A stretch of 60,918 nucleotides of DNA from Clostridia bacterium (GCA_017444895.1 JAFSVR010000017.1:1-60918); one strand, 5' to 3'. Numbered from the stretch's first letter, positions 1-9,886 are shown. The notes: generated by a model from the letters alone, not told the origin. Numbers and translations are program-made.

Positions 1-318
1 CTTTTCAAAGCAGGGAAATTGCCAAACAAGATAGAAGGCACTATCGTTAATGGCAAGAACTTGCCACTCAAATTGCTCACAATTAGGATAATTAGTGAGG
101 AAGATAAGTCTGATTTGCCAGAATATAAAGAGAAGGCGGCAGGATATATAACAACACCTAACTATATCCGACTTGGATATAGGCACTATGTTCTTGAGAG
201 TCAGCGTCTTGCCAGAACTGTTAGGGCTGATGTCATTGAAAGCATAGAGTTTGAGCAACAACAGGCTGAAGAAAGAGCAGAAAAGAGAAGAATGATTGAA
301 AGAGCAAGAGAAAGATAA
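1..318 (+). CDS. hypothetical protein, C-terminal fragment (frame open to left window edge)
   Basis: Frame of ORF 19..318 has no stop back to base 1; charged tail AEERAEKRRMIERARER; terminator follows. No family recognised. Confidence 0.4.
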   Translation, partial: LFKAGKLPNKIEGTIVNGKNLPLKLLTIRIISEEDKSDLPEYKEKAAGYITTPNYIRLGYRHYVLESQRLARTVRADVIESIEFEQQQAEERAEKRRMIERARER

Positions 319-326
319 AATTAAAA

Positions 327-352
327 CCGCTCCAAATTGGAGTGGTTTTTTA
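327..352 (+). terminator. rho-independent terminator
   Basis: CCGCTCCA-aat-TGGAGTGG stem (one G.U) followed by TTTTTTATTTT. Confidence 0.7.
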
Positions 353-373
353 TTTTCTTGAATTATATATTAG

Positions 374-402
374 TTGCGAAAAGTTAAAAATTTTAGTATA
401 AT
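374..402 (+). promoter_or_regulatory. sigma-A-type promoter
   Basis: TTGCGA (374-379), 17-nt spacer, TATAAT (397-402); next ATG at 412, no Shine-Dalgarno between. Confidence 0.55.
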
Positions 403-411
403 CTTAACTAG

Positions 412-1341
412 ATGAGTAGGAACATAAACAACATAAAAATGCTAACCGCTGTTGAAACCATTTTGGGCAGTGGAGTGTATAACTTTAGAAAACATATTGA
501 CGGTATCAAAACAAAGCGCAACATTGCATACGCTCAGACGCCTAATAAATATGAGTTTTTTGATGTTCATTTTCCTGCTGATGCAAATTGCATATATAAC
601 GCTGAAAAAAATAGAAAAAAAACCTATCCTATGATTCTATATTTTCATGGTGGCGGATGGGCAAGCTATTCCAAAGTTCTTTTCACAACTCTTTCAAGAC
701 GCCTTGCAAAAATGGGTTTCGTTGTTTTTTGCGCAAACTATTCTTTGGCTCCAAAGTTTAAGATGGGGAAAATGGTTGATGACGCTTGCTTGGCTCTTGA
801 TATGGCTAAGAAAATTGCAAGCAATTTTGGGGCAGATGCAAAACAGGTTATATTTGCTGGTGATTCAGCAGGGGCGCATTTAAGTTGTGAGTTGTTTTCA
901 AGAATAAGCGCAAAAAAGAGCTATAAAAATGAAGTTAAAGCGCTTGTTTTGTTCTATGGCGTTTATGACCTTAACACCGTTGTTTTCAGCGGTTTTCCAA
1001 ACATAAAAACCCTTGTTGATGCTTCAATTGAGGGCGGGAGCAAAAACAAACCCGAACTGGATAAGTTTTCACCAATAAGCAACGACTTATCTAAATTCCC
1101 ACCTTGTTTTTTGGCTAGCGGAGAAATAGACAAACTCCATGAAGGGCAGTCTAAATTGTTTGCAGATGCACTTAAAAAGAATAAGGTTAAAGTGGTAACT
1201 AAATTTTTCGGCCCAGAAGAAAAAAGGGCAATGCATGCCTTTATGACATTTGATGGGCTATATACAAATGTTGAAACCCTCAAAGCGCTTGAAGATTTTG
1301 TCCGCAATGATTTGCTTATTGTGGAGGAGAATTCAAAATGA
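412..1341 (+). CDS. alpha/beta hydrolase, hormone-sensitive-lipase-type esterase/lipase
   Basis: HGGGW oxyanion-hole motif and GDSAGAH nucleophile elbow; 309 aa. Confidence 0.8.
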   Translation: MSRNINNIKMLTAVETILGSGVYNFRKHIDGIKTKRNIAYAQTPNKYEFFDVHFPADANCIYNAEKNRKKTYPMILYFHGGGWASYSKVLFTTLSRRLAKMGFVVFCANYSLAPKFKMGKMVDDACLALDMAKKIASNFGADAKQVIFAGDSAGAHLSCELFSRISAKKSYKNEVKALVLFYGVYDLNTVVFSGFPNIKTLVDASIEGGSKNKPELDKFSPISNDLSKFPPCFLASGEIDKLHEGQSKLFADALKKNKVKVVTKFFGPEEKRAMHAFMTFDGLYTNVETLKALEDFVRNDLLIVEENSK

Positions 1342-1817
1342 TATATGTTGGCATGCTAATTGCTATTGTTTGTGTTGTGGTTGATCAATTAACCAAGTTG
1401 TGGCTATATGGCAAGAGTTTGAGTTTGATTGGGGATTTTCTTTGGATTCAAACGGCGTTTAATGAGGGGGCGGCGTTTGGAAGCCTTAACGGAGCAAGGT
1501 GGTTCTTCATTGTTCTTGCTGTTCCGGTTATTGCCTTGCTTATATATTTCCTTATAAGCAAAAAAATAGGCAACAGCAAACTCCTTGCAACAAGTATAGG
1601 GTTAATAATTGGCGGAACAATTGGCAACGTTATTGACCGCCTTTTCCTTGCAGGAGTAAGGGATTTTATATATTTCAAATCCATTAACTTTGCCATTTTT
1701 AATTTTGCGGATGCATTTATTTGTGTTGGAACGGCGCTTCTTATTGTTTATATCCTGTTCGTTTGGAAGCCAAAATCAACAACAAAAGAAGACAGTGGTG
1801 GGGGTGATAAACAATGA
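1338..1817 (+). CDS. lspA: lipoprotein signal peptidase (signal peptidase II)
   Basis: Multi-TM 159-aa protein with NEGAAFG and FNFADAFI motifs typical of LspA; ATGA overlap with upstream gene. Confidence 0.85.
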   Translation: MIYVGMLIAIVCVVVDQLTKLWLYGKSLSLIGDFLWIQTAFNEGAAFGSLNGARWFFIVLAVPVIALLIYFLISKKIGNSKLLATSIGLIIGGTIGNVIDRLFLAGVRDFIYFKSINFAIFNFADAFICVGTALLIVYILFVWKPKSTTKEDSGGGDKQ

Positions 1818-2746
1818 CAGATATTAAGCAGACGCTGATTGTTGAAACTCCTGAAAAGGCCAGGTTAGACACTTATCTTCAATCCAACCTTGATGGGTGG
1901 ACACGTTCACAAATCAAGAAACAAATTGATGATGAAAGGGTTTTGGTTAACGGAAAAGTTTGCAAAGCAGGGAAATCTCTTAAAGCGGGGGATATCATTG
2001 AACTAGACCTTGTTGCCGGCGCAGAACTTGACAATATTGAACCGGAGAATATCCCACTGAATATTGTTTATGAAGATGCGGATTTTGCAGTTATAAACAA
2101 GCCTCAGGGAATGGTTGTTCATCCAGCGGTTGGCAACTATAATCACACTTTGGTTAACGCTATTTTATATCATTTCAAAGAGGTAAGTTCAAACGGCGAG
2201 AGTTTCCGTCCAGGCATTGTTCACAGAATAGATAAAGACACCTCGGGCCTTATAGTTATTGCTAAAAACAACGAAGCGCATTTAAGCCTTGCCGAGCAGA
2301 TTGCTGTTCATAGTTGCCATAGAAGATATATTGCGCTGTGTGAGGGCGAGTTTAAGGATTATGAGGGCGACATTATTTTGCCACTTGGGCGAGATAAACG
2401 AGATTATAAAAAGTTCACGGTAGACAGCGCCGGAAAATACGCCGAAACACACTATAAGGTTGAAAAAATATATAATGGATATTCGTTGGTGCGCTTTCAA
2501 TTAAAAACAGGGCGAACGCACCAAATAAGGGTTCATTGCAAGGCGATTGGGCACCCGATAGTTGGCGACTTAACTTATGGCTACGCCAAGCAAAAATTTA
2601 ACCTTAATGGGCAGTTGCTTCATGCGTATGAACTTGAACTAACGCACCCAAGAACAGGGCAAAGAATGACGTTTTCTTGCCCAATTCCACAATATTTCAG
2701 CGATATTCTTTCAAAGTTAAAACTAAAATGGAAAAACAATTTATAA
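1814..2746 (+). CDS. rluD: RluA-family 23S rRNA pseudouridine synthase (RluD-like)
   Basis: N-terminal S4-like segment, catalytic motif HRIDKDTSGL, conserved lspA-rluD pairing. Confidence 0.85.
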   Translation: MTDIKQTLIVETPEKARLDTYLQSNLDGWTRSQIKKQIDDERVLVNGKVCKAGKSLKAGDIIELDLVAGAELDNIEPENIPLNIVYEDADFAVINKPQGMVVHPAVGNYNHTLVNAILYHFKEVSSNGESFRPGIVHRIDKDTSGLIVIAKNNEAHLSLAEQIAVHSCHRRYIALCEGEFKDYEGDIILPLGRDKRDYKKFTVDSAGKYAETHYKVEKIYNGYSLVRFQLKTGRTHQIRVHCKAIGHPIVGDLTYGYAKQKFNLNGQLLHAYELELTHPRTGQRMTFSCPIPQYFSDILSKLKLKWKNNL

Positions 2747-2759
2747 GGTAAAAGGAGAA

Positions 2760-3158
2760 ATGAAAATGGAAAAAAAGAAAAAAGATTTGATGTATAATAT
2801 TTTCTATATTGGAATCTATGTTGCTTTTGCTTTGGCATCAATTTTTGTTCTGGTTTTTGAGTTCACAACACTTGAGTTTTCTATTATAACAGCATTGGTG
2901 CTTTATGTTATTGCGTTTGGATTTTTAACCGTTGCTGAATGTCTTGGAGTTATTGAACTTAAAAAGAAATTGAAATCAGAAGCCAATGCACAAGACAAAA
3001 TTGAAAAGAGCGAAGATGGGGATGTTTTGCCGGAAGATGTGAAAACCCACGCTGAGGCAATGGAAGAGATTAAAACCAAAATCAATTGGGGATATGTTAA
3101 AGTTGTTTTGAGCGCGCTTGTTTGTGTTTTTGCCTTTGTTGTTTTAGTTCTTTTTTAG
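2760..3158 (+). CDS. hypothetical membrane protein
   Basis: SD AAGGAG upstream; hydrophobic segments at both ends with a charged K/E-rich centre; no family recognised. Confidence 0.5.
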   Translation: MKMEKKKKDLMYNIFYIGIYVAFALASIFVLVFEFTTLEFSIITALVLYVIAFGFLTVAECLGVIELKKKLKSEANAQDKIEKSEDGDVLPEDVKTHAEAMEEIKTKINWGYVKVVLSALVCVFAFVVLVLF

Positions 3159-3190
3159 GCAAAATATGATAAATTTGACATCGCCAAAAC

Positions 3191-3219
3191 TTGACTATTA
3201 AATAATCTTGATATATACT
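3191..3219 (+). promoter_or_regulatory. sigma-A-type promoter upstream of tig
   Basis: TTGACT (3191-3196), 17 nt, TATACT (3214-3219); a second TTGACA lies at 3175-3180. Confidence 0.5.
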
Positions 3220-3244
3220 ACTTTCGTATAAAAAGGAGAAAAAA

Positions 3245-4531
3245 ATGAAATATACAGTTGGAGAAAAGAAGAATAACGAAATCATCGTTGAGTTCACCCT
3301 TGATGAGAAAGAGTGGGAAGCCGAAGTTGAACAGGCATACCAAAAGAATAAGGGCAAATATAAAAAGGAAGGTTTCAGACAAGGCAAAGTTCCAAGAAAA
3401 GTGCTTGAACAAACCTATGGTGAATATCTTTTCTATGAAGATGCATTCAATGATTGTTGCGCAACCTATTATTCGCAAATGCTTGCAAAAGAGCCAGCAA
3501 TTTATCCTGTTGACTACCCAGAAGTTGACATCAAAAAGATTTCAAACAAGGGCGTTGTTTTCACCGCCAAAATAACGGTTATGCCAGAAGTTACCCTTGG
3601 GCAGTATAAGGGATTAACAATCAAGAAAGAGAAACAAACAGTTTCAGCAGATGAGGTTAAAGCCGAACTAGACAGAATGCTTGAAAGACAAGCAAGATAT
3701 GAAGAGGTTAAAGATCGCCCAGCAAAACTTGGAGATCTTATCAACCTTGATTATAGCGGTAGTGTTGATGGTAAAAAGTTTGATGGCGGAACAGCAAAAG
3801 ACCAAGAACTTGAACTTGGAAGCCATAGCTTTATTGATGGCTTTGAAGATCAAATGGTTGGCATGAAGATAGGTGAGGAGAAAGACATTAATGTAACTTT
3901 CCCAGAGAATTATCATTCAACAGAACTTGCTGGCAAGAAAGCCGTTTTTGCTGTTAAGCTCCTTGCAATTCGTGAGAAGCATCTGCCAGAACTTGATGAT
4001 AATTTTGCAAAAGACGTAAGCGAGTTTGAAACTCTTTCAGCCCTTAAAGCAGACATCAAGAAAAAGAAACTTGAAGAAAAAGAGAAACAAGCAAGCATTG
4101 ATGCTGAAAACAAGCTTGTTGAAGAGATTGTAAGTCAAACCAAGGTTGATATTCCAAAATGTATGATCAACAACCAGCTTGATAATTTTGTTGAAGATAT
4201 TAAACAACGTCTTGCATATCAAGGCTTGAAGTTTGAGGACTACCTCAAATACACTGGCCAAACACTTGAAGACTATAAGAAAACAAGAGAGGCTGAGGCG
4301 GAGAAGAGCGTTAGAACTTCACTGACACTTTCAAAGATCATAGAAACTGAAAAAATCACTGCTGAAGAGAAAGATATTGATGCAAAACTTCAAGAGATTG
4401 CTGATTACACTCACAAAACTCTTGAAGAGGTTAAAAAGACAATGGTTGGCAACCAATCAGAGTTCATAACCAATAATGTTTTAACCGAAAAACTCATGGC
4501 AACTCTTAAGAATTTGAACACCATTGAATAA
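3245..4531 (+). CDS. tig: trigger factor
   Basis: 428 aa, ribosome-binding signature GFRQGKVP, FKBP-like middle; precedes clpP-clpX as in most bacteria. Confidence 0.95.
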   Translation: MKYTVGEKKNNEIIVEFTLDEKEWEAEVEQAYQKNKGKYKKEGFRQGKVPRKVLEQTYGEYLFYEDAFNDCCATYYSQMLAKEPAIYPVDYPEVDIKKISNKGVVFTAKITVMPEVTLGQYKGLTIKKEKQTVSADEVKAELDRMLERQARYEEVKDRPAKLGDLINLDYSGSVDGKKFDGGTAKDQELELGSHSFIDGFEDQMVGMKIGEEKDINVTFPENYHSTELAGKKAVFAVKLLAIREKHLPELDDNFAKDVSEFETLSALKADIKKKKLEEKEKQASIDAENKLVEEIVSQTKVDIPKCMINNQLDNFVEDIKQRLAYQGLKFEDYLKYTGQTLEDYKKTREAEAEKSVRTSLTLSKIIETEKITAEEKDIDAKLQEIADYTHKTLEEVKKTMVGNQSEFITNNVLTEKLMATLKNLNTIE

Positions 4532-4568
4532 TTAAGAGCTGACTTGCCTAAACTTTAAGGAGAATAAT

Positions 4569-5168
4569 ATGGAAAAAGAAAAAAATGTTTTAGTTCCAAT
4601 GGTAATTGAACAAACAAACCGAGGTGAAAGGTCATATGATATCTATTCAAGGCTTCTTGAAGATAGAATCATCTTCCTTTCAGACGAAATAACAGATGCA
4701 ACAGCAAACCTTGTTGTTGCGCAACTTATTTATCTTGAAGGCAAAGACCCAGATAAAGATATAATGATGTATATCAATAGCCCAGGCGGAAGTGTTGTTG
4801 CCGGCATGGCAATCTATGACACAATGAACTATATAAAATGTGATGTTTGCACAACCTGTGTTGGTATGGCAGCAAGCATGGCAGCAGTTTTGCTTTCAAG
4901 CGGGGCAAAAGGAAAACGTTGTGCGCTTCCAAATAGTGAAATTATGATTCACCAACCACTTGGCGGTGCTCAAGGCCAAGCAAGCGATATTGCAATTCAT
5001 GCTGACCACATCTTAAAAACAAAGAAAAAACTTAACAAGATCCTTGCAGATAATTGCGGACAAGATCTTGCAACCATTGAAAAGGACACCGATAGAGATA
5101 ACTTTATGACGGCACAAGAGGCTCTGAAATATGGGCTTGTAGATAAAATCTACGACCACCGCAAGTAA
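4569..5168 (+). CDS. clpP: ATP-dependent Clp protease proteolytic subunit
   Basis: GMAASMAA (active Ser) and MIHQPLGG (His) motifs; 199 aa. Confidence 0.95.
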   Translation: MEKEKNVLVPMVIEQTNRGERSYDIYSRLLEDRIIFLSDEITDATANLVVAQLIYLEGKDPDKDIMMYINSPGGSVVAGMAIYDTMNYIKCDVCTTCVGMAASMAAVLLSSGAKGKRCALPNSEIMIHQPLGGAQGQASDIAIHADHILKTKKKLNKILADNCGQDLATIEKDTDRDNFMTAQEALKYGLVDKIYDHRK

Positions 5169-5257
5169 AAACTTCAAAACTGTTATTTTTTGGTTGTGCA
5201 CTCATTTAAGAGATTTCACAATTTCAAAGTTCTTAACGACGTTAAATTACGCAAAAT

Positions 5258-5313
5258 AGTGCAGAATTTGGCGGGAAAAACCCAACAATTTTGCACTTTC
5301 ATTTTTAATTTTT
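5258..5313 (+). terminator. long imperfect hairpin plus T-rich tract between clpP and clpX (terminator/attenuator candidate)
   Basis: AGTGCAGAATT (5258-5268) pairs with AATTTTGCACT (5287-5297, one G.U), inner GGG-aaaaa-CCC; followed by TTCATTTTTAATTTTT. Confidence 0.45.
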
Positions 5314-5334
5314 AACTTTATCATGGGGGATTTT

Positions 5335-6660
5335 ATGGACGACAACAAAACCACACCTGAAAAGAAAAGTGATGCTTGTTCTTTTTGTGGACGAACCAGA
5401 AAAGAAGTAAGCAGGATGATAGAAAACCCTAATGGCACAGTCACCATTTGTGAGGATTGTGTTGAGATTTGCAAGGCAATTTTGAAGGCTGAGGAGAAAA
5501 ACCGAAATAAAGACAAGGAACTTGACCTCCCAAAGCCGGAGCAGATTAAAGGAATTTTGGATAAATATATTGTTGGGCAAGAAGAAGCCAAAAAAGTTCT
5601 TGCTGTCAGCGTTTATAACCACTATAAGCGAATTAATTATGTTATAAAAAACAAGGCCAAGAAACAAAAACTTGATGATATAGAGCTTGAAAAGAGCAAT
5701 GTTTTAATGCTTGGTCCAACTGGGTGCGGTAAAACCCTAATCGCAAGAACACTGGCGAAAATTCTTGATGTTCCTTTTGCAACGGCAGATGCAACAACGC
5801 TAACCGAGGCTGGATATGTTGGTGAAGATGTTGAGAATATTTTGCTGAAACTCATTCAGGCGGCAGATTATGATATTGAACGCGCAGAGAGGGGCATCGT
5901 TTATATTGATGAGATAGATAAAATTGCCCGCAAGAGCGAAAATGTGAGCATAACTCGTGATGTTTCAGGAGAAGGCGTGCAACAAAGTCTTTTGAAGATT
6001 TTGGAGGGCACCATTGCCAATGTTCCACCGCAAGGCGGGCGAAAGCATCCAAATCAAGAGTGCTTGCAGATAGACACAACCAACATTTTGTTCATTTGTG
6101 GCGGGGCGTTTGTTGGGCTTGAAAAGATAATTGAAAAGCGTGTTAGTTCGTCTGGGCTTGGCTTTGGTGGAAAAGTACAAACAAAGCAAGAACTTGAAAG
6201 TGGAGAACTTTTGAAACAAGTTGAACCACACGATCTTATTAAGTTTGGCCTAATTCCTGAACTTATTGGGCGAATTCCTGTTATGGTATCGCTTGAGAAC
6301 CTTGATGAAAACGCATTAAAACAAATTTTAACAAAACCTAAAAATGCATTAACAAAACAGTATATTAAGATGTTTAATATTGACAATGTTTTGCTTGAGT
6401 TTGACGAATCGGCCATTTCCGCTTTTGCAAGCAAGGCAATTAAGCTCAGCACTGGGGCAAGGGGCCTAAGGAGCATACTAGAAGAAACTATGCTTCCGCT
6501 GATGTATAAGGTTCCAAGCGATCCAACCATTGCAAAAATAATTGTTAAGGCTGAAGATAATGGGAAAATCACAACCGAATTCGTTTCAAGAGAGATTAGT
6601 GCAAAGCCAGATCAAGAAGAAACTGTTGAATCTGGGGATGCGGGCGAGAATATAGCATAA
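5335..6660 (+). CDS. clpX: ATP-dependent Clp protease ATP-binding subunit ClpX
   Basis: Zinc ribbon CSFCGR..CEDC, Walker [14 protein letters not shown] loop. ORF opens at 5323; ATG 5335 follows GGGGGA. Confidence 0.95.
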   Translation: MDDNKTTPEKKSDACSFCGRTRKEVSRMIENPNGTVTICEDCVEICKAILKAEEKNRNKDKELDLPKPEQIKGILDKYIVGQEEAKKVLAVSVYNHYKRINYVIKNKAKKQKLDDIELEKSNVLMLGPTGCGKTLIARTLAKILDVPFATADATTLTEAGYVGEDVENILLKLIQAADYDIERAERGIVYIDEIDKIARKSENVSITRDVSGEGVQQSLLKILEGTIANVPPQGGRKHPNQECLQIDTTNILFICGGAFVGLEKIIEKRVSSSGLGFGGKVQTKQELESGELLKQVEPHDLIKFGLIPELIGRIPVMVSLENLDENALKQILTKPKNALTKQYIKMFNIDNVLLEFDESAISAFASKAIKLSTGARGLRSILEETMLPLMYKVPSDPTIAKIIVKAEDNGKITTEFVSREISAKPDQEETVESGDAGENIA

Positions 6661-6674
6661 AATAAAAATCTTAA

Positions 6675-6701
6675 AACAACCTTATTTCAGGTTGTTTTTT
6701 T
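6675..6701 (+). terminator. rho-independent terminator of clpX
   Basis: AACAACCT-tatttc-AGGTTGTT followed by T-run. Confidence 0.75.
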
Positions 6702-6784
6702 GTGTAAATTATTTGGAAAAAGTGCAAAATTATAATACAATAAAAGATGGAAGGCTTTTGGCATTTTTTGAAAAGGGGATAATA

Positions 6785-7588
6785 ATGAAAACTCAAGAAT
6801 TAGCAAAGAAAATAAGAGAAGATTGCTTAATCGCAACTAACATGGCAAAGTCTAGCCATATCGGTTCAATGCTTTCCATTGCCGATTTGGTTGCGGTTTT
6901 ATATGGCGAGATATTAAGGCGCAACAAAAATGACGCCGTTCCTTTTTATGACAAGTTCATTTTAAGCAAAGGTCATGCGGGGTGCGCTGTTTTTAGTGCG
7001 CTTGCAGAACTTGGAATCGTTGATAAAAAGGAATTGCTTGAAACTTATTTTCAAAACGGAAGTAAATTTTCCGGCCACGTTTCATCTCATAATATTCCAG
7101 GCGTTGAGCTTTCAACCGGAACCCTTGGCCATGGAATTTGTGTTGCTGATGGTCTGGCGCTTGCAAGAAAACTGGATCAAAGTGATTCAAGGGTTTTCAC
7201 AATTGTTGGAGATGGCGAACTTAATGAGGGCTCCGTTTGGGAAGCAGTTATGTTTGCAGCAAGCCAAAAACTGGATAACTTGACGATAATTGTTGATAAA
7301 AACAACTATCAGCTTATGGGGAAAACGCAAGACATTTCTCCTGCTGATAATTTGGATGAGCGGTTTAGTGCTTTTGGTTGTGAAACAATGGTTATTGATG
7401 GACACAACCACGATGAAATTAAAAAAGCACTCACACATAAACCAAATGGCAAACCACTGGTTGTTATTGCAAACACAATCAAAGGCAAGGGCGTTTCGTT
7501 TATGGAGAATAACAATTCATATCATGGCAAAACGGTAAGTGATGAACTTCTTCCTCAGGCGCTCAAGGAAGTTAGGGAGGCAAAGTAG
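6785..7588 (+). CDS. transketolase, N-terminal (thiamine-PP binding) subunit
   Basis: SKGHAG and GDGELNEG motifs; split-transketolase size. ATG 6785 follows AAGGGG; the ORF extension from 6692 lacks an SD. Confidence 0.85.
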   Translation: MKTQELAKKIREDCLIATNMAKSSHIGSMLSIADLVAVLYGEILRRNKNDAVPFYDKFILSKGHAGCAVFSALAELGIVDKKELLETYFQNGSKFSGHVSSHNIPGVELSTGTLGHGICVADGLALARKLDQSDSRVFTIVGDGELNEGSVWEAVMFAASQKLDNLTIIVDKNNYQLMGKTQDISPADNLDERFSAFGCETMVIDGHNHDEIKKALTHKPNGKPLVVIANTIKGKGVSFMENNNSYHGKTVSDELLPQALKEVREAK

Positions 7589-8536
7589 ATGAGAAATCTT
7601 GTTGTTAATATGCTAATTGAAAAGGCAAAAAAAGATAAAAACCTTATTGTTTTAACTGGTGATTTGGGGGCGGGCGCATTGGAGCCTTTTGCCGAAAAAT
7701 TTCCAAAACAATTCATAAATTGTGGAATTGCCGAACAAAACATGATTGGTGTTGCAACAGGCCTTGCTTTTTCTGGTAAACAGGTTATTGTTTATTCAAT
7801 TGCGCCATTTGTATCCTTCAGAGTTCTTGAATTTTTGAGGGACTTGGTTTGCTATCATAATGCAAATGTTAAGATTCTTGCCGTTGGCTCTGGCCTTGCA
7901 TATGGTGGGCTGGGTTATACCCATAGGGCAACTGAGGATTTTGCCTGCATCCGAGCCATTGGTGGCCTCAATATCTATAATCCAGCAACTGTTAAAGAGT
8001 GCGCAATGGTAACAGATATGATGCTTAAAAGTAAAAAAGCATGCTATCTTTGCCTTAACAAAGCAGGCGTTGAAAAAGAGATAGATGTTAAAATTGATAA
8101 CAAAAACGAAACGGTTAAGGTTGATTATAAACCAGACCTCATTTCAAAAGTTAAAGATGGGGATGAGGCCGTTATTGTTTCAACGGGAACAATTTTAAGA
8201 GAAGCGATGATTGCCCAAAAAGTTCTTGAAAAAAGTGGAATTAATGTTGGCGTTTATAGTATGCCAATTCTTGGGCCAATCAATGAAAATAAGATTGTTG
8301 AAATACTTGATAAATACAAATATGTTTACACACTTGAAGAATATTCTGAAGATGGTGGACTTGGCTCCGTTTTTGCAGAATTAATTGTAAAACACGAAAA
8401 AAGCGTTAAATTTTGTAAGTTTGCTTCAAAAATTGCAAATTTTTCAGCAGTTGGAAACCAGGCATATCTTAGAAGAGTTAACCAAATTGATGCGCAAGCA
8501 GTTGTAAACAGAATTAAAAAAGATTTGGCGAGGTAG
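7589..8536 (+). CDS. transketolase, C-terminal (pyrimidine-binding) subunit
   Basis: Adjacent to the N-terminal subunit (stop then ATG), CGIAEQNMIGVA motif typical of the Pyr domain. Confidence 0.85.
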   Translation: MRNLVVNMLIEKAKKDKNLIVLTGDLGAGALEPFAEKFPKQFINCGIAEQNMIGVATGLAFSGKQVIVYSIAPFVSFRVLEFLRDLVCYHNANVKILAVGSGLAYGGLGYTHRATEDFACIRAIGGLNIYNPATVKECAMVTDMMLKSKKACYLCLNKAGVEKEIDVKIDNKNETVKVDYKPDLISKVKDGDEAVIVSTGTILREAMIAQKVLEKSGINVGVYSMPILGPINENKIVEILDKYKYVYTLEEYSEDGGLGSVFAELIVKHEKSVKFCKFASKIANFSAVGNQAYLRRVNQIDAQAVVNRIKKDLAR

Positions 8537-8541
8537 AATAA

Positions 8542-9135
8542 ATGCAACTAAAAAATGTTAAGTTTGAGAAGTCGTTATCAAGTTTTGCTCAGTTTAGTGG
8601 TGATGATTTGCCAGAAGTTGCGGTTGTTGGGAGGAGTAATGTCGGCAAGTCTAGTTTCATTAATATGCTTGCAAACAACAATAAGTTAGCAAAAACTTCA
8701 TCTGAGCCTGGGCGAACACGTCTTATCAATCTTTTCAATGTTAATGGTGAGTTTAGGCTTGTTGATTTGCCGGGCTATGGTTATGCAAAGGCAACAACAG
8801 AGGAGCAGAATAAATGGGCAAAAATGATTGAAGAATATTTAAGCCAATCAGCCAATCTTAAGGCCTGTGTTTTACTTGTTGATATTCGCCACGCTCCAAC
8901 ACAGAAAGATGTTCAGATGCTTAACTATTTGGTGTTTTATAATATTCCTGTTTTGATTGTTGCAACTAAACTTGATAAAATAAAATCTAGTGAAAAGCGG
9001 AAATGTGTTAGCATTATTGCAAGCTCTCTTAAAACCGGAATTGATAATGTTATATGCGTCAGCAACGATTCTGGAAAAGGAAGAGATGAAATAGTTGACA
9101 AAATTTTGCAGGTTGCAAAAACTGCAAATTTGTGA
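8542..9135 (+). CDS. engB: ribosome biogenesis GTP-binding protein YsxC/EngB
   Basis: G1 GRSNVGKSS, DLPGYGYA, TKLDK motifs; 197 aa. Confidence 0.9.
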   Translation: MQLKNVKFEKSLSSFAQFSGDDLPEVAVVGRSNVGKSSFINMLANNNKLAKTSSEPGRTRLINLFNVNGEFRLVDLPGYGYAKATTEEQNKWAKMIEEYLSQSANLKACVLLVDIRHAPTQKDVQMLNYLVFYNIPVLIVATKLDKIKSSEKRKCVSIIASSLKTGIDNVICVSNDSGKGRDEIVDKILQVAKTANL

Positions 9136-9181
9136 TAATTTTGCGCAAAAAACTGCTAAAAACTGATGTTTAAGGAGAAAA

Positions 9182-9886
9182 ATGATGAAAATTTGGGCAC
9201 TTTCTGATCCTCATTTGAGTTTTGGAAGCGATAAACCGATGGATGTCTTTGGCGGAAATTGGGAAAATTACGTTCAAAAAATTGAAAAAAACTGGAAGAA
9301 GCGTGTTAAGAAAGATGACATTGTTTTGGTTGCTGGGGATATCAGCTGGGCCTTAAAACTTGAAAACGCAACTCCAGACCTTAATTTCTTGGGTGGTCTT
9401 CCAGGAACAAAGATTTTAATCAAAGGCAACCATGAACTTTGGTGGAATTCCATTTCAAAGGTAAGAAAGATTTTGCCTGAGGGAGTGATTGCTCTTCAAA
9501 ACGATAGCGTAAAAATTGGTAAATTTATTTTTTGCGGAACGCGAGGATGGGCTATTGAAGAAATTAATAAGCCATACACGGCTGAAGATAAAAAGATTCT
9601 TGATAGAGAAATAATCCGATTAGGGCTCACTCTTGATGATATGGAAAAACAGCGCAATGATGGGGATGTTGTTATTTGTCTTATGCATTTTCCGCCATTT
9701 AATTCAAGATTTGAGGATAGCCCCTTCACAAAACTTTTTGAGGAGCATCAAGTTGATGCTGTTGTGTATGGCCACCTTCACGGCAATTCAAGCGCAACCT
9801 TAGCACTCCTAAAGCACGGAATTAAATACTATTTAACTTCAACTGATCAGGTTGGGCACGATCCAGTTTTAATCTGCAAAAGTTAA
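9182..9886 (+). CDS. calcineurin-like metallophosphoesterase (predicted phosphohydrolase)
   Basis: SDPH, GDISW, GNHE and GHLHG metal-binding motifs. Confidence 0.7.
   Translation: MMKIWALSDPHLSFGSDKPMDVFGGNWENYVQKIEKNWKKRVKKDDIVLVAGDISWALKLENATPDLNFLGGLPGTKILIKGNHELWWNSISKVRKILPEGVIALQNDSVKIGKFIFCGTRGWAIEEINKPYTAEDKKILDREIIRLGLTLDDMEKQRNDGDVVICLMHFPPFNSRFEDSPFTKLFEEHQVDAVVYGHLHGNSSATLALLKHGIKYYLTSTDQVGHDPVLICKS

Noticed and set aside
6692-6784. N-terminal extension of the transketolase ORF (MFFCVNYLEKVQNYN...)
   Set aside because: It starts inside the clpX terminator T-run and contains the promoter-like region. ATG 6785 has an SD and gives the normal N-terminus.
9139-9150. 12-bp palindrome TTTTGCGCAAAA between engB and the phosphoesterase gene
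   Set aside because: It is too short and has no loop, no T-tract context and no second copy, so there is not enough evidence for a site.
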